A stretch of 64,000 nt of DNA from Vicugna vicugna (GCA_013265495.1 MU057947.1:506048-570047), one strand, 5' to 3'. Shown: positions 24,681 to 38,294, counted from the first letter of the stretch. The notes: generated from the letters alone by a model not told the origin. Program-made: numbers and translations.

Positions 24681-27600
24681 TCCCCTAGATCTGGAACCCT
24701 CGCACTGGGGCCAGGCACTGGCCCGTTCCGGGCATCTTTTTCACTCTTAAGCCCGAGCAGTGCCTCGTTTTTTTACCGAACTCTCCAGCCCTTCCCAGGC
24801 GAGTGACGTCAGTGATGACGAGGGTGCTGAGAACAGTGTGGCTTGTGGGGCAGGCGTAGACTGCACGTTCACCTGTGTGTGCTGTATCTCCAGTATTTAC
24901 TCAGGATGACTTTCCTCAAATATTTAATAAGAATTAATAATTGAATGTACTCTCGCTTCCTTGCTTCGCCCTGGGATCCCATAAGATCTTTGAAGCTAGA
25001 ACTAGTTTGGGCCCTTAAGGGGTTTATAGAAATTAGGTATGTCTGCGTATGGAAAGGGCTGGCATGGTGGAAGAAATTGAGTCCTTAAGTAATTTGCTAT
25101 TCCCAGTGATAATTAGGAGAAACCCCTGTTCTAGCTCCATTTCCCAATCTTTTTTTCCTCACTATTTTAGGAGAGAGTTCTTGAGGTGTTAGCAGCAAAT
25201 TTTTTTCATGTGGTCCGACTTTGGCGTGTTGTGTTGCCTTGATGGGTTATTAAGTTGTCACTTCTGAGAGATGAATGTGGGTTTCAGAGTATGTTGTGCC
25301 ATATATCACCAAAGTCATCAGAAATGTTTCAGAAAACTGAATAAGAGTAAATTCTTTTAAATTTATGATTGAAATTAGCAATTTTATTAGGTCCTTTAGA
25401 AAAAAAACCCTACAAACTTTTAATGTCTTTTTCAAAATATACACCTTTGTTCTCAGAAGAGGTCTGTAGACTGCCCTTAATTTGTCTTGTGAAAGGACAC
25501 AGGATTTTAGCAGAATACTCGCACAAGTGCAGGTGCCGTCTGTAGGCCGTCCGCTGGAAGCTTGATGTGCTGGGAGATTTACTGTGCGTCCCCGTGGCCG
25601 TCGTTCCCCTAAGTATTAATTTTAACTCCACTAATAAGAAACTGAACAAAAGTGGAATTATGAGTTCAGTAGTATTCTATGAAAGGTCAGTTGTTAAAAA
25701 GGCAGAGTCTGACATTCTGTGAAAAAGGTGCCTTCATTAATCATCCTGATGGGAGACACGGGCGCTCTTGCCCAATAGCAGTGAGCCCTGCAGCGGGCAC
25801 ACTCAGGGCCTGGTGTGCGCATCTTCATGCAAAAACAAGGATTATATAAGTGCATGCCGAGATAATTTGAGGAATTTGTCTTTGCAATTTGAAGATGTAT
25901 GTTTAATACAGAAATCCTTATGAACTGTGCTTTGCTGTTTGGAAAAAGGAAAACACCTGTTAATTTCCTAGGACGCATGTGACGGACGCCGAGAGCTGTG
26001 TCAGGTGTAGCTTTGCTGGATCTCAAGGTCACGGTGCATTTCTGAGTGGATGAACGGACATCCCCTAAACGCGTCCTCTGCAGATACTGGCAAGCTTCCT
26101 TCAGTCTCTTCTGTGCTCTGTATTAACAGCTAAACTTACCATAATGTTTGGACCCTTTCCTGCAGAGCAGATCATGGCCTGCTTTCTGACTGAGATTCTT
26201 TTCCTTTGTTGCTGCAGCTGTGTGCCTACTGTGTGCACAGAACTGAGACACAGCACATGCAGTTATCTGAGTATTTTACGTGTCCTGCCAGCTTAGTGGT
26301 AAAGTTCAGCACAAGTGCATGCATTATTAAGCAGTTAGCTAGTGACTTCATCCGCTGACCGCCTTTGGTTGTGGCCTGTTGGCAGATGGCCTTCCTCCCG
26401 CCACAAAGGCCAGCATCGTAGGGGCTGAGGCCTCTTTCCCGACCCTCTGTCTGTGCTGCTGCCGCTGAACTTCACCGAGAGCATCGGCCAACGCCGAACA
26501 CTCAGGCTTCCTTCTCAGACAGGCCCTTGCAGACACTTAAAAGCTGACTTCTGCAGGTGGACTGTGTTTTCCCTCGTTCTGTGCCGTCATGCGGCCTCGT
26601 GTCCGGAGGGAAGTGAGGGGGCCCTGCTGTTATTGTCCCCTTGGCACCCAAGGTGCTCTCTGCCCGGGGGGAGGGTGGGAAGGTGTCTTTAAACATCTCT
26701 GTCCAGTCAGCGCCTTAGTGTTTTTGAAGAATCAGGGGTGTCTCTCTGCTGTCCTCCGACGGCGACACTCTCATTAAGTTCATTGCATCTCACATTCCTT
26801 ACAGCATTATTAAATCTTCCTTTGCTCTGGAAGAGGGGGTGGGAGCCAGGCTGTGGCCTAGTGGGGACAGGCCCAACGGCACGTCTGCCTGGGGGTTGGC
26901 CCTGAGCGCAGACAGCACAGGGAGTGGGTGGGGTGAAAGCCGAAGCGGAGCCGGAGCCGTGCTCGTCCCCCACTGGGTGCCAGCCCGGTGCCCTGCCCGC
27001 CGCGTGCTCCCGCGGGCTTCCACACACGGTGCCGGGGTGTGGGCTCGAGAGCGCTGGCAGCTTGCCAGCTGTCACACCTGGCCGTTCTTGCGGGTTTACA
27101 GACGTGGGGGTAAAGACACTGCCCTGTCTGTCGTGTGATGGGAATCCCAGTCGCTGAGAGGACGTCGAATCTCCTCTGAAGCGCAGAGTTGTACACGGGG
27201 AAGGTTTAGTTCAATTTCACCGAGATGGAGCACCAGTGTCTCCAAGGAGCGTAAACTGCTACGTCTGCAGTGTCACCATCCTGTCTCCTCGTTGGCATAA
27301 TTTTTGCTTAATGGCCGTTTGTGCTACATTGACCAGGTCCATGGGTTGCTTAACATAAGTGATTACATTTGCTTATGATTAAAAACTTCCTCCATTAGAA
27401 AGGCAGCACCCAGGACGTGGAGATGATTTGTTGCCGAAGCTTCATACCCCATTAGCCACGCCGCCGACTCCACGTCGTCAACTAAGAGTTGTCTAAGAGT
27501 TAGGGACACTCGTAATGAGCTGTGTAATAGGGACCCTCCGACAAGGTGCGAAGAGACCAAGTCCTCTTGGAGCAGCTTCGCTTGCGCACACACAGGGCCA

Positions 27601-29475
27601 GCGACCGCGTGCCGGCCGGGGGCCGAGGCCCGCCCGTGCCAACGGGGACTGGCAGGGGTGACTCGAGTATTTTATTACTGGAGCAAGACTTGTTGTAAAA
27701 AATTATATACCATTCATGACCAAAATCCTTCAAAACACTCTGTCGCCGTTCCCCTCTGAACCCTACAGCTTATGTTTTAAGCAGCTCACGAGTCTCTTGA
27801 TAGAGCATTAAACCAAAAAAAAAAAAAAACAGGGTTTGTTTGGAATGCCACTCCAGCCCTCTCTGACACCACTGGCCCTCATTCGTCCTTGGCTCTGGCA
27901 TTTGATAGTTTTGGGGACCCCGCAGCCTGTCCCGCATACGGTAGCACGGGCAATTATGGGGTTTATCGTCGGAGAGCCCTGAGCAGGGAGAAGGAACTTC
28001 CTGGAATAATGGCATTAAATGTGATGGGTGTTTTTGTGACAGACATAAAATTCTTAATCTTGGAAGCAGGCGGGCCAGGCGGCTGGGGGTTAGCTTCCCC
28101 TTCTGATGGCGGGAGTGGGAGCTTTGTTTCCTGGGGTGGGTGGGGTTGGGTCTGCTCTGCGAACCTGACTTGGTGACTCTGGGGGGTTGGGGGGAGGGAC
28201 ACCGGACCTGGAGTCTGAGGGGACAGCGCTCAGCCAGTCCTGACTCTGCCACTTGCTGGCTGTGTGGCCTGGAGGGCGCCGCACATCCTTTTCTAGGTCT
28301 CTTGGTAGAAATGAAGTTAACACCAGTCTCACAACATCTTGGGAGGGATAAAAATCCAGTTGCACTCAACTGAAACTCGGCTTGGTGTGACGGCCCTCCG
28401 TCGTCCCTCCTCCACGTCCTGGAGCCGCGCGGCGCCGTGCGGGCCGCGGGCCCTGGGATGCCTGGTGGGATGCGGTCCGTTGGTTTCCGGGTGGCCGGGG
28501 AGCTTGTCGTGCTCCTCCTGGCACTGGGATGGGAGTCAGAGCCTTCCTGCATCCAGAGGCGGAGCCTGGGGGTCCTGGCCTGCCCTCCCTGGCCAGTGTT
28601 GTGTGTGGCCTCAGGTCCCACTTTTTGTCCCCAGCTCCCCACACATGCTGTAGGATCTCACCTCTTGCGTATGTTTTAAAAACTTTACTATCGAAATAAT
28701 TATTATTATAAAGAATTACTATTCTTCACTATTGTAAGACACTGTTTCTGAATCAGAGGCTCTGTTGTGGAGATTAAACTTGTTCAGGAGCTCCCAGACA
28801 TGGCTGCTGTGGGGCGGTCCAGGGCTCCTTCACGGTCTCTGCCCTCTGCTCGCAGACAGAGTTGGACAGTGGGTGGCACAGGCTGGTGGCAGTTATGTCG
28901 TCCGTGGGTTGCTAATTTGGGAGCACCGCAACACAGCTACATACGCTTAACCTTAAAGTTACCCTGCACGGGACAGACTCTGACTCACGAGCCCCCTGGT
29001 CCCTACGGGGCCTCGGGCTTGATTGCTAGGAGGAAGGACCGTCCTTGCGCTGGTGGGAATGGACTGTTTCAGTGGTTTCATTGCCCAGTAAGTGAGGACC
29101 TCCCCCCGGCTCTGTCTAGTGAAGGTGGAACCTTGGCCCCCTGTCTGTCGTCCTGTGTCTGTCACCGCCTGTGTTAGGGCTGAACGCGGTGAAGGGTGGC
29201 CGGGCGGGCTTAGGCCGAGGGCACGTCCATGCAAGGACCATAAACAGGACTGGCAGGAGCCTTTGTCCCTTCCCTTTCCGGAGAGCTGGTCCTGTCTCTT
29301 CTTCCGCCCTTGCTGTCCCCCTTCTCTTTCTGCTCCTTGTCATTCTCCCCCCATGCCCCCGCCTTTCTCCTGCTGTCTCTCCTCTGGTACCAAGGGCCCC
29401 TCTGAATTCTGCTCACTGTGGTTGCCCTGCCTATGGGAAGCCCACCTCGCTGCCCTGTGCCTGGTCCCCTGCAGC

Positions 29476-29526
29476 CTCCCCGAGGGTCCTCCCTGAGGGT
29501 CCCTCCCTCAGGGTCCTTCCCTCAGG
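29476..29526. repeat. About 14-bp tandem repeat, about 3.7 copies
   Basis: ctccccgagggtc / ctccctgagggtcc / ctccctcagggtcc / ttccctcagg. Confidence 0.75.
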
Positions 29527-32500
29527 CTCAGGGCTGGAGCACTTGTCTGTAGGGAGGTTTCCCTCATCTGAAGCCTCCCCGCCTTCGCCCAGCAGATTAA
29601 AGCTTTCCACTGGAGGAGAGAGGAGGGAGGGCCCTTTACGGAACAGCGTGTGACATCCCCCAAGCTGTGAAGACACAGGGCAGCTCCTGGACCAGCTCCT
29701 GTCTACAAAAAATGCCGAGGCGGGGCGGGCGGGGCAGACGGAGACCTGGCTCATTGCGCGGGAGGCTCTGGCGGGCCCCGTGTGGAAACGGAACCGCGCG
29801 GCGCGGCAGCTCGACTGTGGACCCTTCCTGCGACGTGGCGGCGTCTCCTCGTATGCGGATTGTAAAGAATTATAGGTACCTTGAGCTGCTGACAGGTAAA
29901 AGACAGTAAAAAAAATAGTGAAAGACACAGTCTACCCCCTGAACTGATCTACAAGGCCATGAAAGCATCACTTTGAATAACACGCGGTAGATGTGTTAGA
30001 AAAATGTAATGTTGGTGTGCGGACCCGCAGCCCCTCTGATCGGAGTTACAATATATCTTGTTGAATGATGAATATGCTGCTGTATGTTTCAACTGCTCGT
30101 GTCATATGGCTGAAAGAAAAATATATTGAAAATGAATGTAAAATATTGAAATTTAGAAGTTGTTACGCTCAACTATAATTTCTCGTCTCGCATGTGGCAG
30201 ACGTGCTCCTAATTACAGTGTGTAGCGTGCACCTGTGGCAGATGCCACGTGTGACGTGGGACATAAATTCCTCCCCGATCAGCCTGTGTGCGCCTGTCAC
30301 AGCCCTGAGATCCTCCAGGCGCCACATGGAGCAGTGACCCTGCCCTCCTGCTCCCAGGGGCTTGGGGCTCTCGTGAGATCCTGAATGTCTTGATGACTGA
30401 GTGTTGATTTGAAGCAGTTCATCTTGTGGTATGGAGCACAGACGTGTCGCCATCCAGGAGACCCCGAGTCCCTGGAGTGCCACTCTGGCTGGGATGTGGG
30501 CCCTGGTGTGTTGAGGTTGGAGGGACCCTGCCTGGGGGGGCCCTGACCAGTGCCCCCGGCGGGCTGGACTCAGGTCTGAGACCTGCCGCAGGTGGCAGTT
30601 CACAGCCCTCCCGGGGACTCAGCTCTGCTTCCTCTCCAGCTTCTCCTGCTGTGGGGCCGCTGGCAGGCCTGTGCGCCGGGCTGGGGAGCGAGAGCTCGGG
30701 CCCCCGCCCTGCTTGGCTCTGCCTGCCCTCAGAGACGTGGGGGTGTCAGGGTGAGCTTGGACCCCTGCCTCCTGCTGGGGTGACCGACCAGGTGCTGGGA
30801 ACGGAGGGGAGGCCTGGTGGCTGAACGGGGCAGCGGAGGTGCTGCCCTGACTCTTCATCCCAGGTTGGCAAGGGTGAGCACACTTCCTGGGGCTCCTCTC
30901 ACTCTTGGATCACAGCCCGCTCCGTTCTGACCGGCCTCCGTCAGGGAGCACCTGGCTCCAGTGCCTCGGGACTCTCTGGCCCTCCTGGCTTCCCACACCC
31001 CAGCCCTCGAGGGGCTGCAGCCTCGGGAGTTGTCCCCCGCCATGCCCCTCTCCCACCCATCCCCTTCCCCTCCCCCTTTCTCTGGCCCCTGTCTGGAGCG
31101 TCTGTCAGTGCCCCTCTCTGGGGACTGGGGCAGGTGTCACATGGCAGCCGCCACCATCCATCCCTCTCCTGTCCTCATCCCCATCTGCAGGGTGGTCCCA
31201 CCGGGGTCCCCAGGACTGCCCCGCCTGCGCTGAGCCACCGCAAGGACTTACGGGCTATGTTTCACTGCCTCTCTTTGCTAACTCCAGGCCTCTTTCTGAA
31301 ATGCCTTCCTGTCTCGTCTCTGCCTCTTGCAGTAGCTAACACCTGGAGGGACCACCAGGAAGCATCACTAGTGATTGGTGTTCCATGGGGTGGGGGTTCC
31401 CCCAGGGTCCTCCACTCACACCTGTGACTGTCGGTGACCAGTTACCTGATGTCCACTCTCTGGTTTCGGGGGAGCTGGCTGTGCTGTCCCTTGGCCCCAA
31501 GTTCCTCCCAGGGTGAAGTGTGCACAGGGGGTCTTCATCTTACATGTAACGCAAATGTCCTGTCTCTGCTGCACTCAAGCCTCAGTTGGAGACAGTGAGC
31601 CGGTGTGACATGAAGGCATCACCTGCTACAGGTCATACCACGTGTGCTGGGCATCTTGGAAATGGTCGTAGGTGTGAGGATCTAAGCATGAAAAATCCAC
31701 TGATTTCTACATTGTCCATTGTCTCTGGGAAACAGGCTACTTAGCTGATAAGTGTCTAAATCAGGCGTCAGGGTGGTTGGTGGGCGGCCCTTCCAGCACC
31801 CAGCACCCAGCACCCCTCTGCCGGCCCTTGCAGGGTGGGTGCCTGGGGCTCTGGGCCTGGGCGCTCAGCACCGGGATGGACACCCTGCGGCGGCTGGAGC
31901 AGGGCTGTGCGTTTGGGGCTCTGGACTGAGTGACGAGCTGAATACTCTGTCATCGCTGCCGATCAGCACCAGGGAAGTGCCATCGCCCTGCGCCTGCTGC
32001 AAAGGGTGCTGGTCGCGCTGCTGCGCCCAGCTTGTGTCAGGAGCCCTCGGCTCAGGGTGGCGATCAGTGCACGCTCGGGGGTGTTTGAGTTTTAGAAACC
32101 TGGAGAATGGATAAGCAGCACCGCTTTGTTTTCCTTTTTCATCAGAAGCAAATGCCTTTCTTCGAGCGTCAGCCTCCTCTGCCCGATGGTCCCCGCTGAC
32201 ACCCTCTGCCCGGCCTGTGTGTGTCTGGTGTGCAGGCATGTCACCTCCACGTGTCACAGCTGCCTGCTAGAGGGACACCCTTGTCCCCGGAAGCGTGACT
32301 GCTCCCAGCATCTCCCCTCCCCCACCCCGTGTCCCCGTCCTGGGCCTGGGAGGAGGGTCTCTGGATTGCTGATGGCTTTGTTCACCTGGACGCCCGCCTG
32401 CCAGCCTGCCAGCAGTGGTGGCTTGGCAATGCCCCTGCGGGCCCTGAAACCGCGGGAGCCCTCCAGCAGTCACGTGTCCCTGAGAAGGTTCAGGAACGGG

Positions 32501-35500
32501 CGGGGAGAGTGCCTTGGGGGTTAGGGTGCCTCAGCAGTGGATTAGAAATCCTGTGCCCAGTCCGGAGGCAGGCGGACGGCAACCTCATTCACAGAAAGCA
32601 AGCCCACTGGCGTCTAGACACAGTATCTTAGCAGTAGTAAAAGTGCGAGTGCAGATTTACTGGTGCAGGAGTTTTAGCTGTAATACTGTGGAATGGTGGG
32701 CTATTTTGTGTTCAAGAGCTACATTCATCACAAAAACGATGATTTACAAATCACTTCCATATCACAGAATGTTCTTGGTCAGAATTGGCTTGAGGCAAGT
32801 GATATCTCCGAGTAAACAGTATATGAAGACCATATCTTAAAATGATAGATCACCTAATTTTGTTCTGACAGAGGTTTTTGCCGCAACAAACATCTGTCAT
32901 TGAAATACCAATTCAGAGATATGGAAGCCAAATTGTCGAGGTTTTCTCGGATTTGTCACTCCCAACTTAAGAATGCTGCTGTTCCACGCTGTAGCTTTTC
33001 TAAGGCACCAAGCAGTGTTGCACTTAGAGGCGTATTAAAACAAACGATTTTGAGAAACAGACTCGTTTTAAATGCAAACCAACCATTTAAGAGTCCGGAA
33101 GTCAGGAATGGCTGAGAGGCACTGGCTAGTGTATGTGTGTAGACATCACCTTAAGCTGCTTGAATTTTAGATTTTGAACCCGAGAGATGAAACTTGGCAT
33201 TGAGTCCTCTGGGGTTTCTTGCCTTCACTTAGGGTTTTGTTTTTTTTTTTTAAGAACTATGATTATAATGTTATTTCCACAGTTTGAAGTACCATTTTGG
33301 TGCTGTCCTGACAGGGAGCAGGCTTACAAATCAGGACAATAGCGATGTCCCGGGCTTTGGGGTTCCTTTTTCTTGGCTTTCCTCCTTGCTGGGAGGTCTC
33401 ACTCTGGGATCCCTGCACAGGACAAATGTCCTGGGACCTGAGGTCTCAGGGGGCCCTGCATGGGGACAGATCTGGGGATTTGAGAGGCAGGGAAGAATCA
33501 GACATTTCCAAAGGACACACCAAAGGATTCTGCTGTGCTCTGCTCTAAGTTTAAAAAAAAAAATTGATCTTGGTCCAAAACTTGATTATATGATAGTTTG
33601 AAAAAAAAAAAAACTATAGAATTTTTGAGATGCTTGGGAGACAGTCTAGAAATTTGTCTTTAGTGACCAATTCTTACAGCCTGTTTAAAAGAGATTTTAC
33701 TTTTTTTCTAAGTCCACTGTGACTGTGAGACCCCAGGAGATGAGTTCATGGAGTGGCTTCGTTGGCCAGTCCCCGGGGGCCTGGAGAGGGCTGGCTTTTC
33801 TGGAGGAGATGACGGGCTGGCCTCCTGGCTCCCTGGCCCACCTCTGCCACCGCGTTCATCCGGCCTCCTGACAGGAGACACCAGTTGTCCCCTCGTTTCC
33901 TTCCTTCAAAGGACCCCCTTCTCCAGCTCAATGGCCCTGTCCAGTCCTCTTCAAATTCTATTGCTCAGATGAGATTCCTGGGGTCCCGGTTTTCCATGTG
34001 CTCTGCCGCTTCTTGCATCAGAAGCTGTCCTCAGCATTTCACAGGTCATTCTTCACTTGTAGCTTTGTGTCCATCATTCCAGTGTGAGACAGGCCATGGT
34101 GGCATCTTCTGGCGTGTTCATCTCGTAGAGTGAGGTCATTGGGGGCGTCAGTTGGGCTGCCGGGCCTGGCACCAGCCCTGCCACTTACCAGCTCAGGCAG
34201 GTGACAGTCTGCTTGCTTTGCAGGGTTCACTCTTGGTGACGTGTGTCACACCTGGTCCAGGCGAGCAGTGCTAGCAGTGGTGGTCATCGTGGTGGTGGTG
34301 GGGGTGATAGTTTTTGTCCTTGGCTTAGTTGCCGTTAGACCATGGATGACTCAAGAAGAAGCCAACACAGATCTGCCCCCTGATCAGCGGCCTGACTTAA
34401 AGGTTTACAGAGCAACTAGTTAACTGTCCGATCAGAGCTGGTCTTCCAGACGGTCTTGCTGTCAGCGCGCGTGCCCCAGCCTCCCCTGACGGCTCCCTCT
34501 TCTGCTGCCGTCCGGCGTGATGCTGACCCCACCCTCTTGAACTTCTCACGCGGATCCAACTCGGACAGCAAGTGTGTGTCTGTCCGTTGTCACCTGCAGT
34601 CTCGGCCACAGGAGAACAATACTTTGGGCCAAGAACTGACAACTTTGGATCATAGGCATGTTGATGAGACTCCTGTGCTTCGTGGTCTTGCACACCTTGG
34701 GGGAAGGGACAGGGGGACTGAAAATTGATCAGAAGTATTTTTGGGGTTTAGCCTGAAGGAGAGTTCTCTCCTGGGCAGGGTCACTGTGGACAAGCCAAGT
34801 ACCCGGGTAGGACCTGCTCTTAGCAGGGAGACAGATGCCCCAGAAGTGTTGCGACTGAGGTGTGGATGTAGGTTGTAAGTTACTTTTTGCTTTAAAAGAA
34901 CATTCACACGGACATTTGTGTTTTTCCCCCTTTTGGCAAGAGCGTGCGTGTCAGTCCACACCTTGCCACTTCAGCACTGCCCGCTCTCAGCAGTGAGTGC
35001 AGGCCGGCCGCAGAGCTTCAGCTCAAGCACGTCTCCTTTCTTCGAAGGGGACACTTCCCTTCCTCTTTACTAGGCTGCCTCGCTCCCCACGCGCCCACCC
35101 AGCCTGGCCGCGGCTGCCGGCTCCGTGCCTCGCCAGTGGCCTGGGGGTTGTCGGTGGGCCTGTTGGCATTAGCTCACCTTTAAACCTGAGTCCAGATGGG
35201 ACAAGAACCAAAGGTTTTGAGTAGGAACAAGGGGCCGTCATGTTCCTTTGTATTCTTAACTAAGGTTTTTGTTTAAAAAAAAAATACCCCAAACCATCAA
35301 ACGCTCTTGTTTCCGTGGCTTTTGCCGGCGCAGCGCTCAGTAAGTCTCCACACTGGTGGTTTCAGCCCGGGAGGTCGGGGTGGGGAGTCTGCCCGCTCAC
35401 CGAGGGATGCTGTTTGGTGTTACCTGGTGTTCCCGCAGACCCAGGGCCCGCCCACCCACCCGCCTCCTTCCACGGTTCCCGCACATTCTGGGGCATCGGG

Positions 35501-37879
35501 CAGGGCCGCACCATGTCTGTTGTCACACCAAGTTATTTTGTGAAATACTGTCGTGAAACTTACCAAAACTGGTGAAGCTGATGAAGTGAAATAAAAATAC
35601 TGCCATGAAAATTATTTTAGTGCCACACAATGAGCTCTGTTTTTCATATCTGGCAGATATTGCCCACTAAATCTAATCTGCAATGCTGAAAATTATGCCA
35701 TTTTTTATGATTTGTTTAATTTTGACTGAAAAAAAATTGACTATTCATCGATTCTTGACCTGCGAGTATTGAGGGAAAAATTTAGTTAATAAGAATTTTC
35801 ATGAGGTGTAAATTTAAATGTATGAGGACCCTGCCTACCCTCTAATACTACAGACATTAATTTGAAAATTCTGTAAGAGCCTAAGGGCCCAGGGAGTGTG
35901 AAGAACAGAGAGTGGAGGCAGATACGGTTAACTGGTAGACAGGGTCTGTCCGTGTCTTACAGGAGCGTGTTCATGTTCTCTCTGCATCCTTGGTTGCATG
36001 TGGCTGAGTGTAACTGGAATGTCATTTTCATTGCAGTCTGTTTGCTTGTGAAATGATATCCGTACACTTAGGAGTAACAAGTCAAATGGAAATCAGGCCA
36101 CGCTGTCAGTGTGCGCAGTAGCGCGCCCATGGAAAGTTTTCTCTCGGTTCTCCGTGTCTGCAGTTCAAAGGGGGCTTTAGAGAAGTCATAAAAAATGAAG
36201 GCTCCAAATATTGAAGTTGGAAAATGTGAGTGAATGACATATTCTTTACACACCTCAACTGTCAACATTTCTAATCAAATCACCCAGCCTTCTTCGTTCT
36301 TAAATGGTACAGGCAGTCTTTTCCTGTAATAAACACCCCTCCATCTAATGAGAGGCCCTAAGGCAGCTTCAAATGTATGAATTCATTATAATTGAACAAC
36401 ATAATCTGCAGGGCAAAGATGCCTGCTACCCGGTCTCTTAACTTCACACAGCTTGGGCGTTTTATGAAAAATGTTCCACATTTTGTTTACAACGTATTGC
36501 TGCTGTTTGAAGTATTGTATGTTCCGGTGGTACATGAGATGGGGCCTCATAATGGAGGAAGAATCAAGGAGGCAATCTTTCATTTTGTTCTTGTATGAAA
36601 AATTCAAAAGACTGGAAACTCACCCAGAGAAATTTTGCAAGCATATTATTTTCCAATGTTTCGATCAGTTTGTCTGTCAACCATGCTGAGAGGTAGAAGG
36701 GGCCAGCAGAAGCAATTTAGCTTGTGAGGCCCGAAATAGAAATGTTTTAGGGAGCCTTGTCACATGTTATTTCTTTATATTAGAACTGCCTTGTGTTTTA
36801 CTCGCTGGTCATATTATGAAGAGAAATTGATATCAATCATCTAAGTAAGCTATGAATATCTGATATAAATATTACTTTTACACGCATGCATCAGAACCAA
36901 ATATAAATTAACCTCTTAATGCATGCGAAAACCTTGTGTGACAACAGGCCCTTGTTTTGGATTTTTCCATTTAACAATTCATGGTGCATTTTAATTGATT
37001 GTACCCAAGTGACACACTGTAGAAACATCTTGCATATGAACATTCCTGACCCTGCCAGGGCTTTAATTAAGCTATAATCTTCCTACGGTAAGTGCATCTG
37101 GGATTGATAAATGTATCCAAACCATGCTTCCAGTCTGAGGGTTGTTTTTTCAAAATTAGTAGGATATGGAAGTTTTAAGTAAAGGGCATTCATTTTGCTT
37201 CCAGTTAAATTTTTAGTTGGGATTCGTTTAAATCAAGTTACGTTAGGAGTGGTTCGTTCTAAGATGAAAGTACGATTTCAGTGAAACTTTGTCACGGGAA
37301 ATCCACAGTTACGTGATACTTGTGCTCCTAACTAACACTTCTCCTTCAAATCTTACATGAGCACGTTAACACTATTTTACAGAAACTTCAAGGAAATTAA
37401 TTTAAATCAGCTTACAGAAGACCCCAGTTCAAATTTAATTGGTCACATCAGTCAGTATCATCCTCCTGTAATGGCCTTACTTGGAAGCACTAGACGTGTC
37501 TTCCGGGCAGCGGCCACTGTTCACATGACAGCTGCTCTGAAAGCTTGATGTGTCTTTCCAGTTTCTCAGAATTCAAAGTGAGGTAGACTAGTTGGCATAT
37601 TGGATGCTGCGGATGCTGATCAATGGAAATAAACTGTGACAAAGTAAATCTTTCCACCTGGTGTAGGTATTAATATTGCATGGAAGACAGGATTTGTCAT
37701 ATGAAAAAACGTTCTGAAACAATTCTCAATTAATGATGACAATTTAGGATAGAGACTGTGCCAGTCAGTAGTCGTCACAGAGCATGACTGAGATAGCTGG
37801 TTTTTTTCAATGACTGCTTGGTACTTTAGTGTCTGTGTGTGCATCTAAATGATTCACCGGCATTTCTCTCGTCTTAATC

Positions 37880-38260
37880 GCCCACTAATGAATGTTTAGA
37901 GTTGCTTTAGGTTTTATTGGGTCCTTGTTTGGTTTGGCACTATTTTAAGCAACATTTATTGTGAACATCATTGTATAGACATCTTTGTGTGCTTGTGCAG
38001 TCAATGTAGAATAAGTTCTAAGAAGTAGTATTCAAAACTTAAATATTTTCAAGTTGCCTTCTCAAACTTCTTGTGTTGTAATCAAGCAAGGCTGAACATC
38101 TCCCCTTACGTTTATTGGCCATTTGTGTTTCCTTAGTGACATGTCTGCTTATTTTTGTACTGAGTTGTTTCTGTCTTTATCTTAACTGATTTGTAAGAAC
38201 TTTTTGCATATTAAAGATAGTCATTTCTATTTTGATGTTTATGGGGTTTTTTTTTAAAAC
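37880..38260 (-). mobile_element. Old L1M fragment
   Basis: tttattggccatttgtgtttcc...tgatttgtaagaactttttgcatattaaagatag resembles the reversed L1 ORF2 3' region. Confidence 0.6.
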
Positions 38261-38294
38261 GACACTTACTTTTTACATAGCCTGATTTTAATTT

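Noticed and set aside
27770..28642. Longest ORFs (290 aa here; also 62939-63808, 16747-17499, 9749-10471)
   Set aside because: Pro/Arg/Gly/Ser-rich with no recognisable domain and overlapping ORFs in several frames. Expected by chance in GC-rich DNA.
34241..34423. ORF with an apparent transmembrane helix (VLAVVVIVVVVGVIVFVLGLV)
   Set aside because: The hydrophobic run derives from a (GTG)n-like low-complexity stretch, probably a MIR tail. No exon evidence.
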